Sequence record: MW584166.1
Origin: Mycobacterium phage prophi88-1
Length of the DNA: 64,000 nucleotides
Strand: one strand, 5' to 3'
This document shows, piece after piece, positions 1 to 9,299 of this stretch. Within the stretch, counting starts at the first letter, position 1, and every line of letters starts with the position of its first letter. A program made the position numbers and the translations under genes. The notes beneath the pieces are model-generated. The model was given only the letters and a program-made list of their open reading frames with translations, was not told the DNA's origin and ran no database searches.

Positions 1-28
1 AGGGGTTCGAGTCCCCTTAGCTCCACCA
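1..28 (+). tRNA. 3' end of a tRNA gene (T-arm AGGGG-TTCGAGT-CCCCT, acceptor 3' strand TAGCTCC, discriminator A, encoded CCA); the gene's 5' part lies upstream of the window
   Basis: Canonical GGTTCGAGTCC T-loop/stem followed by a 7-nt acceptor strand and CCA; a phage integrase lies immediately downstream, the typical arrangement for attL within a tRNA. Confidence 0.7.
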
Positions 29-62
29 TATGACCTGCGGAAACGCAGTCAGAAATGGTTAT

Positions 63-87
63 CCAACATTTCATCCAACAATGTTGG
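63..87. promoter_or_regulatory. CCAACA repeats and 8-bp inverted repeat CCAACATT/AATGTTGG between tRNA end and int; possible integrase arm-type sites or int promoter elements
   Basis: CCAACA occurs three times (63-68, 75-80 and inverted at 82-87) within 25 bp; location is inside the expected attL arm. Confidence 0.25.
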
Positions 88-102
88 CGTTAGGATGCCG
101 CC

Positions 103-1221
103 ATGGCGTCCATTCGAACCCGAACCCTCCGCAGCGGTGCCGAGGTGTTCGATGTGACCTATCGCCATGAGGGGCGGCAGCTTTCGATCACGTGGGAGGA
201 CCGTCCGAGTGCCGAGGCATTCATGGCTGCAGTCGCCGCTCACGGGCACCAGCGGGCATGCGAGCTCTATCAGCTGAGCCCGGTCGCCCGGCAGCGCAAT
301 GAGGCCAAGATGACGGTGGCGGAGTGGGTAAAGCACCACATCGATCACCTGACGGGCCTCGACGAGTACACGATCTACAAGTACAACTCTTTCCTGGAGA
401 ATGACATCGCTCCCTTGCTGGGGCAGATTCCTCTCGATGAACTGTCGGAAGAGGACATCTCGCGATGGGTCAAAAATCTGGAGGAGACGCCGACCAAACG
501 CGGGGGGAAGATCAGCGCGAAGACGCTCCGCAACAAGTATGGCTTCCTGTCTGGCGCGCTCAACGCTGCCGTGCCGAAACGCATCCCCAGCAACCCTGCT
601 GCGGGCCGCAAGCTAAAACGGGCGGGCGGCGATGAAGACGACGATCACGACATCCAGATGCTCACACACGAGCAGTTCGACCTTTTGCAGGACTCGACCA
701 CTGAATACTGGCGCGAATTCCAGGAGTTCCTCGTCGCGTCCGGATGCCGGTGGAGTGAGGCGACAGCCCTGCAGCCAGCCGAACACATCGACAAGCGCAA
801 GGGAACGGTCAAGATTCGTCAGGCGTGGAAGTACTCGCCTGGCAAGGGGTACTACCTCGGTCCTCCGAAGACGAAACGCTCACGGCGCGAAATCGACGTC
901 CCTGATCACATTCTCTCGCGAGTGGACTTTTCGAGTGAATGGATGTTCGTGAATCGTGATGGCGGGCCAATCCGGTATCACGGTTACAAGCGCCGCGTCT
1001 GGGATAAGGCTATCGGGCGCTCAGAATTGAATCCGAAACCAACACCGCACGATCTACGCCACACATGTGCCTCATGGCTGTTGTTGGCAGGTGTTCCGAT
1101 TACCGTGGTGTCCCGTCATCTGGGCCACGAGAATATCCAAATCACTGTTGACACATACGGAGACGTCGATCGGGCCAGTAGCAGGGCTGTCGCCGATTTC
1201 ATGAGTAAGACTCTCCGCTGA
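103..1221 (+). CDS. int: tyrosine site-specific integrase (phage integrase family)
   Basis: 372 aa; C-terminal catalytic box HDLRHTCASWLL...VSRHLGHENIQITVDTYGDV (R..H.R..Y); adjacent to tRNA 3' end. Confidence 0.9.
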   Translation: MASIRTRTLRSGAEVFDVTYRHEGRQLSITWEDRPSAEAFMAAVAAHGHQRACELYQLSPVARQRNEAKMTVAEWVKHHIDHLTGLDEYTIYKYNSFLENDIAPLLGQIPLDELSEEDISRWVKNLEETPTKRGGKISAKTLRNKYGFLSGALNAAVPKRIPSNPAAGRKLKRAGGDEDDDHDIQMLTHEQFDLLQDSTTEYWREFQEFLVASGCRWSEATALQPAEHIDKRKGTVKIRQAWKYSPGKGYYLGPPKTKRSRREIDVPDHILSRVDFSSEWMFVNRDGGPIRYHGYKRRVWDKAIGRSELNPKPTPHDLRHTCASWLLLAGVPITVVSRHLGHENIQITVDTYGDVDRASSRAVADFMSKTLR

Positions 1222-1335
1222 GACCAGATCGTTACCTAAATTCAAGGGTTTCGGTCGGATGACAGGGTGTAACGTTTTGTTCACTCCGGGGTGTGTCTAA
1301 CTTCTAATTCCTTTAATTCACAAAGGTTTTCGCTG

Positions 1336-2070
1336 ATGCCTGCTGCTCTAATCACGTTTACCCTCGTCGCGGTCTGTTGGTCTCTGTGGATCAGGCGCGT
1401 GACTTGGACCCGCCGTATGGAAGTCGCCGCCACCCTCAACATCGCGTTGCAGGGTGCGGCGATTTTTCTTATGTCCCCGTTGGCATCTCGAACACTCGGG
1501 GTTTGGTTGCACGCACCAACCGGGTGTTGGAACCTTGAGGATCTGATCGGCCACGATTGCTATGTTGTTGCAGCGTCGGCGCTTTGCTACCACATGATTA
1601 TCCGTTTGGATCAGGAGCAGTTGAAACGGCGGTTCAAGCTCCACGTGGAGCTGCCCGCGACCCTCTGTCTACCGATCATGCTGGCGTTGTTCACTATCGG
1701 TAACAGCGTCAAGATCTACCACGATGACTTCTTTCGCGTCGTTGCGGACCTTTCGCTCATCGCCTATTGGATCGTGCTTTGCGGAACACTGATGTACCTG
1801 CTGGGTTACAGCATCTACTCGCTGATACCGATGTGGCGGGACCGGCCGGCGATCCGTGGGCTATGTGGGTCTTACATGCTGGCCGCAGGGTTCGGCATGG
1901 CCGCGTGTGCGGTCAGGATCGCAACGACGTTCCTACCTGCTGAGATGCAAGATACTGCAGCGGCTTCGCTGCCGGTGTGGCTCCTTGCGTGCTCGTGCGG
2001 GTTCGGGTTCGCCGCAATCTCAGCTCACTCCTGGTTGGAGAAGGGTCGACTTACGGGGCGGGTGTATTAG
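1336..2070 (+). CDS. polytopic integral membrane protein (~6 TM), between int and repressor; candidate lysogen-expressed exclusion/defence protein
   Basis: ORF 1291..2070, start at internal ATG 1336 (MPAALITF...); multiple hydrophobic segments; AT-rich promoter-like sequence at 1222-1335; converges on repressor gene. Confidence 0.55.
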   Translation: MPAALITFTLVAVCWSLWIRRVTWTRRMEVAATLNIALQGAAIFLMSPLASRTLGVWLHAPTGCWNLEDLIGHDCYVVAASALCYHMIIRLDQEQLKRRFKLHVELPATLCLPIMLALFTIGNSVKIYHDDFFRVVADLSLIAYWIVLCGTLMYLLGYSIYSLIPMWRDRPAIRGLCGSYMLAAGFGMAACAVRIATTFLPAEMQDTAAASLPVWLLACSCGFGFAAISAHSWLEKGRLTGRVY

Positions 2071-2455
2071 GGCTGAAGGTGTCGGGGTGGATTGGCGTGC
2101 GTTTGGTCTTCTTGGCGGGCCGCGCCTTGGTCTCCGTGCGGCCCTGGGCTTTTGGGCTGACGGAGCCCCCGGTGAATCCGGGGAAGCCTGGTTGTGGCTC
2201 GGTGATGCCGAACTCTACGAGCAGATTGAAGTAGCCCTCGTCGCCTAGTTGGTAATGGGCGGCGATGAGTCGCAGTTCTTCGGCGTTCGGGAAGTCGTCA
2301 GCGTCTTTCCGGCCGGGGGTGCGCTTGTCGCCGCGGTATTGCCATGCGGTCAGTCCGGCTGCTTCGTGGACCTGGGTGACGGTGAGGTCGCTTCCGACTA
2401 TCTCGGCTTGCAGGAACGTTTTCAGGTCACGTCCTCTGCGGTCCCTTCTCGGCAT
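2051..2455 (-). CDS. HTH DNA-binding protein, putative immunity repressor
   Basis: 134 aa; HTH DLTVTQVHEAAGLTAWQYRG; basic C-terminal tail; divergently transcribed from Cro-like gene across an operator-rich intergenic region. Confidence 0.55.
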   Translation of the reverse strand: MPRRDRRGRDLKTFLQAEIVGSDLTVTQVHEAAGLTAWQYRGDKRTPGRKDADDFPNAEELRLIAAHYQLGDEGYFNLLVEFGITEPQPGFPGFTGGSVSPKAQGRTETKARPAKKTKRTPIHPDTFSPNTPAP

Positions 2456-2572
2456 ACCGGAATGCTATCCCGGATTTCCGGAACCCGTCAAAGTTTCGTG
2501 ACATGCGGAAACGTACCGACTGAACGCGACACGATTCCGGATTTCCGGAATGCAATGCCGGAATTCCGATAT
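2456..2572. promoter_or_regulatory. divergent promoter/operator region with repeated palindromic TTCCGGAA / CCGGAATTCCG motifs
   Basis: CCGGAAT/TTCCGGA units at 2457-2463, 2472-2483, 2535-2550 (TTCCGGATTTCCGGAA) and 2558-2568 (CCGGAATTCCG) between divergent HTH genes. Confidence 0.55.
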
Positions 2573-2592
2573 GCGGTGCTACTGTTCCTGAC

Positions 2593-2868
2593 GTGAGCTA
2601 CGGACTGGAATGGCAGCCGCAGGGTGTGCGGAACACCTTGGCCACCAACAACATTGAGACTGTCGCTGAACTAGCGAGATTCCTTGGCGTCGGATCATCG
2701 ACCGTCTATGACGCGTTCGACCGCAACTGGGCGGGACGGGCGACGCCGACGCTGATCGATGCCATGTGCCAGAAGTTCGGCATTCCCATGAGCCAGATCG
2801 TCGTCGAACCGATGACAAAGGCCCGGCCGAAGCAGATCCGGGCACGGCGGGCGGTGGCTGTCGTATGA
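2593..2868 (+). CDS. Cro-like HTH DNA-binding protein
   Basis: 91 aa; HTH IETVAELARFLGVGSSTVYDAFDR; first gene of rightward early operon; GTG start. Confidence 0.5.
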   Translation: MSYGLEWQPQGVRNTLATNNIETVAELARFLGVGSSTVYDAFDRNWAGRATPTLIDAMCQKFGIPMSQIVVEPMTKARPKQIRARRAVAVV

Positions 2869-3155
2869 GCGCGCGCATTGAGACGTACTCATTGGCGCAG
2901 GTTGTGGCCGACGTGCTGCCCGAGGAATGGACAGATGGTGAGCGCTGGTTGCGGCGACGACTGAATCGCGGCGAGATCGAGGGCTACAAGGTCGGCCGTG
3001 AGTGGCGGTTCACGAAGGCCCAAGTTGATGCGCTGATCGCGCACTTCACCAATGCCAAAACGGATGTGGCCGCGCCCGAGGAAGATACCGAGTCCGAGGC
3101 GCCGCTGGCACTCGGTCTCTCCGCGCGATCACGGCGACGGCTGGTGAACGCATGA
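2865..3155 (+). CDS. excisionase/MerR-like HTH DNA-binding protein
   Basis: Start ATG 2865 overlaps upstream stop (ATGA); MSARIETYSLAQVVADVL...GEIEGYKVGREWRFTKAQVDALI resembles Xis/helix-turn-helix_17 family. Confidence 0.5.
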   Translation: MSARIETYSLAQVVADVLPEEWTDGERWLRRRLNRGEIEGYKVGREWRFTKAQVDALIAHFTNAKTDVAAPEEDTESEAPLALGLSARSRRRLVNA

Positions 3156-3529
3156 CCGCCCGCCCGGAAACGCTCGAGGCAGCATTGGCGGAACTCGGCC
3201 GCGTGAGTGCTGACCGCGATCGGCTGCTGCAGAAGTTGGACGCCGAGCCGGATTCAAAGAAGCTCATCCGCGACCTTGCAGACCTGATTCGGAGCCATTA
3301 CAACGCCGCCAGTACCAGTGGTCAGCGTGCCCTGGTCCTGAATCTTGGGCAACTGCTGCGGCAGTCCGGCGCGCTGGTCGATGCGTTGACGACTGAGCTG
3401 CAGCACTACGTATCCGCCGAGTGCGCGGCGCGCGATGAGCGTGACGAGCTGCAGGAGCGGGTCGCGGACCTTTCCGACGAGGTGGCGTATCTGCGGACGC
3501 GCGAGTGCGCAAGGTCGGTGATCATGTGA
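3152..3529 (+). CDS. hypothetical protein, coiled-coil
   Basis: 125 aa ORF, start overlaps upstream stop; GC3-rich codon usage. Confidence 0.5.
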   Translation: MTARPETLEAALAELGRVSADRDRLLQKLDAEPDSKKLIRDLADLIRSHYNAASTSGQRALVLNLGQLLRQSGALVDALTTELQHYVSAECAARDERDELQERVADLSDEVAYLRTRECARSVIM

Positions 3530-3795
3530 TCGCCGCCGATAGCGCACTGGGAATCGGGTTTGGGCTGGCCGCTGAGTTCCTGCGTGGCGCAGCGGCTTCC
3601 GTCGCGACGGTATGCCAGCGATTGACTGATCAGCGAAAAGACCCCGCCGGGGTGGAGGTGTCGCGCGGCGACCTTGAGTCGCACATCTACTCCAGCCTGG
3701 CTGGGCCGGGTGGGCTGACTTCCTCCGTCGCCGAGGCATTCGCGGAATGTGTCGCCGCTGACCTGCTGGATGAGTACCGCATCAGCAAGAAGTAA
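3505..3795 (+). CDS. hypothetical protein
   Basis: 96 aa ORF in operon context. Confidence 0.4.
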   Translation: MRKVGDHVIAADSALGIGFGLAAEFLRGAAASVATVCQRLTDQRKDPAGVEVSRGDLESHIYSSLAGPGGLTSSVAEAFAECVAADLLDEYRISKK

Positions 3796-3825
3796 GCCCC
3801 GCTGCTGGAACAGCGGGGCCAGGCA

Positions 3826-4137
3826 ATGGATCACAACGACGAAAGGAACCCAATGCCAACCATGGAGTCTACCCACGAGATCAAGGAACGCGAGGACGGC
3901 GCACTGGTCGCGTACGTCGAGCGGGCGCTGGGGCCGAGTCAGGTGGGTGTTGCGTTGCCGCACCCGGCCGGTGATGGACGGCTGATGATCCTGTGGGACG
4001 AGCAGGCCCAGAGTGTGGAATTCACGGCGCACGCTGCCGGTTCACGTTGCGACGAGAAGGTGCGGGAAGCCGCCCGCCAGCTGCTCGAATTTCACGCTGC
4101 AATCATCGCGCGTCTTGTTGCGGCGGTGGAGAAGTGA
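3826..4137 (+). CDS. hypothetical protein
   Basis: 103 aa ORF. Confidence 0.5.
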   Translation: MDHNDERNPMPTMESTHEIKEREDGALVAYVERALGPSQVGVALPHPAGDGRLMILWDEQAQSVEFTAHAAGSRCDEKVREAARQLLEFHAAIIARLVAAVEK

Positions 4138-4523
4138 GCGCCACGGCAGTGCGGCGCGTTCTGATCGGGATGCTCACGGGCGCGGTGCTGGCAATGGCTG
4201 CGGTCGGGTACGCCCAGCGCGCGCATGCCGCACCGAACGACGGCTGCGAGACAGTGAGCTGGGGCATGTTCGGCAGCCAGTTGCGAACGATCTGCGACGG
4301 CCCGAAACGTCCTGACGGCAGCTGGATTCGGGAGCGCCGGATTTGGACGGCCGCCGGATGGGTGCGGGGCAGCACCTACTGCGGCTACTACTCGTGCACT
4401 CGCAGCGAGGGCTACTACCGCCAGGAAAGCACGCAGGGCTACGAGAAGTACCTGGTGTTCGACTACAACGTGGTTCCCGGTGAGCCGGATTGGCTGCCGG
4501 CTGGAACGGTGGTCGTCCGGTGA
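4134..4523 (+). CDS. secreted/exported protein with N-terminal signal peptide
   Basis: GTG 4134 overlapping upstream stop; VSATAVRRVLIGMLTGAVLAMAAVGYAQRAHA signal-like N-terminus, several Cys. Confidence 0.45.
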   Translation: MSATAVRRVLIGMLTGAVLAMAAVGYAQRAHAAPNDGCETVSWGMFGSQLRTICDGPKRPDGSWIRERRIWTAAGWVRGSTYCGYYSCTRSEGYYRQESTQGYEKYLVFDYNVVPGEPDWLPAGTVVVR

Positions 4524-4777
4524 CGGCGCTGCAGCCGGTTTGGACACCGGACGATTTCGATGACACCTGCGCTGCGGTGGCTCTGCAGGAGCCGGTGATG
4601 CTGCCGGTGCAGAACCGGGCGCAACTGCTGGACAAGGTGTTGGCGGAGCTGCAGATCGAGGTCGAGCGCCCCTCTGTGGTGCCGCCCGCGACCAGGGGAC
4701 GTCGGTACCGAGGGCAGCACCGCGCCAACAAGTTCCGCCTGACCGTTGCGGATCTTCGGGACGGCGGTGCCCGATGA
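4490..4777 (+). CDS. hypothetical protein
   Basis: 95 aa ORF. Confidence 0.4.
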   Translation: MAAGWNGGRPVTALQPVWTPDDFDDTCAAVALQEPVMLPVQNRAQLLDKVLAELQIEVERPSVVPPATRGRRYRGQHRANKFRLTVADLRDGGAR

Positions 4778-5061
4778 GCGGGGAACCTATTGGCGAGGTT
4801 GAACTCAGCAGCGGCGCCGTCTACGTCTGGGTCAGCTTGGACTCGGGCAAGACGATCATGCGTATCAGCGACCGGCATGGCCGAAGTGATGCCGGGGCAA
4901 TGAGGCCGGACGAGATCGCGCAAGTCGTTGAGCTGCTGGAGCGGGCTCGGCAGGTTGCGCCTGCAATCCTGGCCGCTCACAAGGTGCGCCAGCGCGCCGT
5001 CATGACTGCCGAAGCCACGTACGAGCGGATCGTGGCGAGAGCAGTAGGCGGTGCTCGGTGA
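4774..5061 (+). CDS. hypothetical protein
   Basis: 95 aa ORF, start overlaps stop. Confidence 0.45.
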   Translation: MSGEPIGEVELSSGAVYVWVSLDSGKTIMRISDRHGRSDAGAMRPDEIAQVVELLERARQVAPAILAAHKVRQRAVMTAEATYERIVARAVGGAR

Positions 5062-5330
5062 GGCGGCCAGGGGTGGATCAGTCGTACGAAACCGACCTCG
5101 ATCGTGTGGCTGAGGATGCGCTCGACCTTGTCGAAAGGCTTCGTGAGGACGATCCACGCCGGGTGTTTGAGCAGCTTCGGCTCCTGGCAGAGCTGCACCC
5201 GGCCAAGTATGCGCAGATCACTATGACGCTCGCGGCGTTCGTCAATCCCGACGAGGGCACGGTTGCGTTACAGCGCCGGGTCGACGCCATCGCAGAAAAC
5301 CGCGCTCGCCTCTCGGTGTTGGCGTCATGA
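5058..5330 (+). CDS. hypothetical protein
   Basis: 90 aa ORF, start overlaps stop. Confidence 0.45.
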   Translation: MRRPGVDQSYETDLDRVAEDALDLVERLREDDPRRVFEQLRLLAELHPAKYAQITMTLAAFVNPDEGTVALQRRVDAIAENRARLSVLAS

Positions 5331-5512
5331 CGCGCGCACTGGCGGTCGCCGCCTGGGTGTTCGGGCTGGTGGCGTGGGCCGCACTCGTCATGTTCTGCAT
5401 CGAACTGTTTGCGGTCGCCCTGTTGCTTTGCGCCGCATCGATCTTGCTGTGGGGTCTCCGGCTTTACCCGGACCCTGCCGACCGATCAGAAGAGACAGGG
5501 GTGAACCGGTGA
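5327..5512 (+). CDS. small membrane protein
   Basis: 61 aa, two hydrophobic helices; translational coupling. Confidence 0.4.
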   Translation: MTRALAVAAWVFGLVAWAALVMFCIELFAVALLLCAASILLWGLRLYPDPADRSEETGVNR

Positions 5513-5664
5513 TGGCGTACGAGTACGAGGCCGAGGAGTGGCGCGCTGCCACGCACACGATGACGGAAATGGAGCGCGCCGCAGCGGATGTCGCGCGGCG
5601 CGGAGCGCTCGGCATGGCCGGTGACCGCACGGACGCTCTCGACGAAGTGGGGAGCTACCAGTGA
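5512..5664 (+). CDS. small hypothetical protein
   Basis: ATG 5512 overlaps upstream TGA (TGATG); 50 aa MAYEYEAEEW...; ends by overlap with exonuclease start. Confidence 0.35.
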   Translation: MAYEYEAEEWRAATHTMTEMERAAADVARRGALGMAGDRTDALDEVGSYQ

Positions 5665-6668
5665 CCGATACTCCTTTTTGGGCCAACTATGCCGAGCTGG
5701 CTGGTGACTACAAGGATCGTGACGAGTGGCTTGAGTTGCGGCGCACTGGTATCGGTTCGTCGGACTGCTCAGCAGTTCTTGGGATGGGCAAGTACGGTTC
5801 GCCGTTCTCCGTGTGGGTGGAGAAGACAGGCCGAGCCCGCCCGGAGGACGAGACCGAGGCGATGATGTGGGGCACGCTGCTGGAGCCCGTGATCCGCGAG
5901 GAGCTGGCCCGCCGCCTCAACGTGGAAATCCTTGAGTGCAAGACGCTGCGGTCGCTGGTGCGGCCCTGGCAGCTGTACAACCCGGACGGTCTGATCCTCT
6001 CGCTCAACGCCCTCGTAGAGATCAAAAATGCGTCGGCATGGCTGGCATCTGACTGGGAAGACCAGGTGCCAGATCACGCGGAACTGCAGGTGCAGCACGG
6101 GATGGCGGTCACGGGCGCTGACGGGGCTTACGTGGCCGGCCTGGTGGGTGGAAACCGGTTGCGCTGGGAGTACATCCCGCGTGACGAGGACCTGATCGCC
6201 ACGATCAATCAGGCCGAGCAGCACCTATGGGAGACATACATCATCCCCGATGTCGCACCCCCGATCGACGGCTCGGACGCAACCGCGGAGGCCATCGCCG
6301 CACGCTGGCCGCGGCAGCCGGGAGTGGAGCTAATCGCAGAAGACCCCGCCTCGGTGGCCGATGCCGTCTCGGCCTATCGCTGCGCCCTCACGCAGGAGAA
6401 GGCGTCGAAGGTGGCCAAAGCAGAAGCGGTGAACCGGTTAGCCGCGCTGCTGCAGGGCGCTGACGTGCTCACAGATGAGGTGGGCAACAAGTTGGTTGCA
6501 CTCAAACGAGGCCAGTTCCGAGAGAAGGAATTCCGCGCTGAGGAGCCTGACGCGGACCTGTGGCTCCACAAGGTCGAGGTCGTCGACCGTGACCTCCTCA
6601 AGTCCGAAAACCCCGAGCTATATCGGCGTTTTCAATCCACATCCATCTACATACCGAAAGGGAAATAA
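5661..6668 (+). CDS. YqaJ/lambda-exonuclease-like recombination exonuclease (RecE-like, PD-(D/E)XK)
   Basis: 335 aa; N-terminal RTGIGSSDCSAVLGMGKYGSPFSVWVEKTG typical of YqaJ viral recombinase family; immediately upstream of RecT. Confidence 0.8.
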   Translation: MTDTPFWANYAELAGDYKDRDEWLELRRTGIGSSDCSAVLGMGKYGSPFSVWVEKTGRARPEDETEAMMWGTLLEPVIREELARRLNVEILECKTLRSLVRPWQLYNPDGLILSLNALVEIKNASAWLASDWEDQVPDHAELQVQHGMAVTGADGAYVAGLVGGNRLRWEYIPRDEDLIATINQAEQHLWETYIIPDVAPPIDGSDATAEAIAARWPRQPGVELIAEDPASVADAVSAYRCALTQEKASKVAKAEAVNRLAALLQGADVLTDEVGNKLVALKRGQFREKEFRAEEPDADLWLHKVEVVDRDLLKSENPELYRRFQSTSIYIPKGK

Positions 6669-6673
6669 CCACC

Positions 6674-7726
6674 ATGGCAAGAGATCTGGCACGACGCGCA
6701 CAACAGTCGGTCGCCCAGCAGGGTGGCGGAGAGTCGCTACAGACCCAGCTCGCGAAGATGGAGACGCAGTTTCAGCGGGCCATGCCGCGAGGAGTGGAAG
6801 CCGTACAGCTGATCCGCGACGTGATGACGTGTGTGAAGCAGACTCCGAAGCTGGCGGAGTGCGACCCGGTATCGGTGTTGGGATCGGCGATGACATGCGC
6901 ACAGCTAGGTTTGCGTCCGGGTGTGGGCGCATTGGGCCACGCGTGGATTTTGCCATTCTGGGACAGCAAGACTCGCGGCCAAAAGGCCCAACTGATCATC
7001 GGCTACAAGGGCTATGTCGAGCTCGGTCACCGCTCCGAGCAGATCGCCTCACTGCACTCGCGGATTGTGTACAGCAACGATCAGTTCGAGGTCGAATACG
7101 GTGCGGCCGAGGATAAATGGGTGCACCGCCCGAACCTGGACGGCCCGCGTGGTGATGCCCGCCTGTTCTACGCGGTTGGTCGTCTAGCCAACGGCGGGTA
7201 CTCGCTGACCGATCCGATGACGGTCGCGGACATGGAGGAACATCGAGACAAGTTCGCCATGGCCAAGACCCGCGAAGGCAAGATCATCGGTCCGTGGTCG
7301 GATCATTTCGACGCCATGGGCAAAAAGACGATGCTGTTGCGGCTGATGGCGTTGATGCCGAAGTCGACGGAGATTCAGCGGGCCATCGACAACGACGGCA
7401 GTGTGCGCCTGGATCTTTCTGAGGGTGCGATCGACAGCCCGACCCATATCGACGGTGAGGTTGTCGGTGAGCCGGTGGACGAACCGACACCCGAGCGGGA
7501 GTCAATCGATGTTCGCGGCCCAGTCGAGGACGTCCTGATGGCGACGGGTCAGCAGCTGACTCGGTTGGCGCAGATCCGGAAAGAGCAGGGCTTCGGCGGT
7601 GACGATTCCGGCTGGTTCGACTACGTGCTGTCGGCTACCCAGGCGCGGGTCAGCCGGGATCAGGACCTCACGCATGAGCAGGCCCAATCGTTGATCGGCA
7701 TGTTCGACGAGGACGCGGCGAAGTGA
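6674..7726 (+). CDS. recT: RecT-family single-strand annealing protein
   Basis: 350 aa; conserved RecT core (SVLGSAMTCAQLGLRPG...AWILPF...GYKG); pairs with upstream exonuclease like mycobacteriophage Che9c gp60/gp61. Confidence 0.85.
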   Translation: MARDLARRAQQSVAQQGGGESLQTQLAKMETQFQRAMPRGVEAVQLIRDVMTCVKQTPKLAECDPVSVLGSAMTCAQLGLRPGVGALGHAWILPFWDSKTRGQKAQLIIGYKGYVELGHRSEQIASLHSRIVYSNDQFEVEYGAAEDKWVHRPNLDGPRGDARLFYAVGRLANGGYSLTDPMTVADMEEHRDKFAMAKTREGKIIGPWSDHFDAMGKKTMLLRLMALMPKSTEIQRAIDNDGSVRLDLSEGAIDSPTHIDGEVVGEPVDEPTPERESIDVRGPVEDVLMATGQQLTRLAQIRKEQGFGGDDSGWFDYVLSATQARVSRDQDLTHEQAQSLIGMFDEDAAK

Positions 7727-8118
7727 GCGCGACATTCACCGCGGTCGATACCTACACCGTCATTCACTGTGGCCATGAGGGTTGCGGAGTTCCGTTCGCG
7801 CTCAATGACGAATTTATCCGCCAGCGCCGGGAGGACCACAGGACCTGGTATTGCCCGAACGGACACAGCCGGTACTACCCGCAGAAGAACGAGACCGAGG
7901 AAGCGAAAGCCAGGGCTGCCATGTTGGAGCGCCAACTCGCCAACCGGGATGAGGATCTGCGCGCAGCGAAAGCGGCGCACGCGGTCACAAAGGGCAAGTT
8001 GACCAAGACGCGCAACCGCATCGCGAAGGGCGTATGCCCCTGCTGCAATCGGTCTTTCGCCAACCTGCAGCGCCACATGGCAGGCCAGCACCCCGGCTTT
8101 ACGGACGCGAAGCAGTGA
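7723..8118 (+). CDS. zinc-finger (Cys/His) protein, hypothetical
   Basis: 131 aa; CGHEGC...CPNGH and CPCCNRSF...H motifs. Confidence 0.5.
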   Translation: MSATFTAVDTYTVIHCGHEGCGVPFALNDEFIRQRREDHRTWYCPNGHSRYYPQKNETEEAKARAAMLERQLANRDEDLRAAKAAHAVTKGKLTKTRNRIAKGVCPCCNRSFANLQRHMAGQHPGFTDAKQ

Positions 8119-8237
8119 GCGCGCCCGCATTGCCTCCCGAGCCGCTGATCAACCGGAAGCAGCTCGGGAACTAGAGCACGAAATCCGCACTGCCACCGGC
8201 AATCGTCGGTAGCCATCTCATCTTTGGAAGGCAATCC

Positions 8238-9299
8238 ATGAGCATCACAGTTCCAACCAACAAGCTGATCGACGTACTGACCGACGCGTTGGCGACAGCC
8301 AACAACACCTTCGGTGGAGTGCACATCGCCACCACCCGCGGGCCCTGGCGGGAAGAACCCGGCGACGTGGACCTGCTGGCCGCGACGTCGACTACGAAGT
8401 TCGTCTTCGGGCACACGTGGATTCCGATCGACGGGCGCATTGACCCGATGGTGTGGCCCTGTGAATCGGTCGTTAACGTGCTGGCGCTGTGCAAGTCCTG
8501 GGCCAAGAGCAAGGGCGATCAGCACACCGTCGACATCCACCTGGTGTTGGCCGATCCGCCGGAGAACAAGAAGGACGACGAGCACCCAGGTTGGACCGTG
8601 ACGCTGTCGGAGTCGCCTGCACTTTTTGGCTCGGACAACGAGTTTCAGTTCCACGCACATCACGAGTCGCGGTTCCCGACGAGCATCGTGCAGCGCCTGC
8701 GGACTGGTGATTTCCTGACCAAGGAGGACTACGAAGAGGTTCCGCTCACGCTGTGGTCGGCGGGGGTCTTGGCCTCGCTGGTGGCGGTGGCGAAGCGCCG
8801 CAAGATGCAGATCCAGATGTTCCGGTCGTCGAAGCGGCTGGTGCAGACCGTCCAGATCGGCGACACGTGGATCGGCCTTGCCACCCCGGGCTCGTATGTG
8901 GAGGGGTTCACGACCGACGGGCCGAGCATCGAGCCGGTCCTCGGACAGGACGATAACGGCGCGAGTGTGGCTGCTGATCTGCTGCGCCACGGGGCTGGGT
9001 TGTTCCTGGCGCACAGCGACTCCGATCCGGACGACGACACCGAGCAGCTGGAGATCGACGGCGAGAACCTGCTGCGCCAGGCGGTGGAACTGGTGGTCAC
9101 CACCAACTTCGGATCCACGTCCATGCTGCAGCGCAAGCTCAAGATCGGATTCGCCAGAGCTGCCGGTCTCCTCGACGAAATGGCTGCGGTCGGGATCGTC
9201 GGGCCGGCCGAGGGCAGCAAGGCGCGTGTGGTGAGGTTCGCGCCGGAGCAACTGGCGGACGCGCTCGCCGCGATCGCTCCGACAGCCGGTGAGCAGTGA
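8238..9299 (+). CDS. protein with C-terminal FtsK-gamma winged-helix DNA-binding domain, N-terminal domain of unknown function (no ATPase motifs)
   Basis: C-terminus [36 protein letters not shown] matches FtsK gamma consensus; no Walker A in N-terminal 270 aa. Confidence 0.6.
   Translation: MSITVPTNKLIDVLTDALATANNTFGGVHIATTRGPWREEPGDVDLLAATSTTKFVFGHTWIPIDGRIDPMVWPCESVVNVLALCKSWAKSKGDQHTVDIHLVLADPPENKKDDEHPGWTVTLSESPALFGSDNEFQFHAHHESRFPTSIVQRLRTGDFLTKEDYEEVPLTLWSAGVLASLVAVAKRRKMQIQMFRSSKRLVQTVQIGDTWIGLATPGSYVEGFTTDGPSIEPVLGQDDNGASVAADLLRHGAGLFLAHSDSDPDDDTEQLEIDGENLLRQAVELVVTTNFGSTSMLQRKLKIGFARAAGLLDEMAAVGIVGPAEGSKARVVRFAPEQLADALAAIAPTAGEQ

Noticed and set aside
4174-5157. Long antisense ORFs (327 aa here; also 7875..9251, 24896..26251, 24990..26495, 16671..17396 and many within the tape measure)
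   Set aside because: Shadow ORFs expected in about 65 percent GC DNA; they overlap well-supported plus-strand genes with recognisable domains and translational coupling, and their products are Arg/Pro/Ala-rich low-complexity
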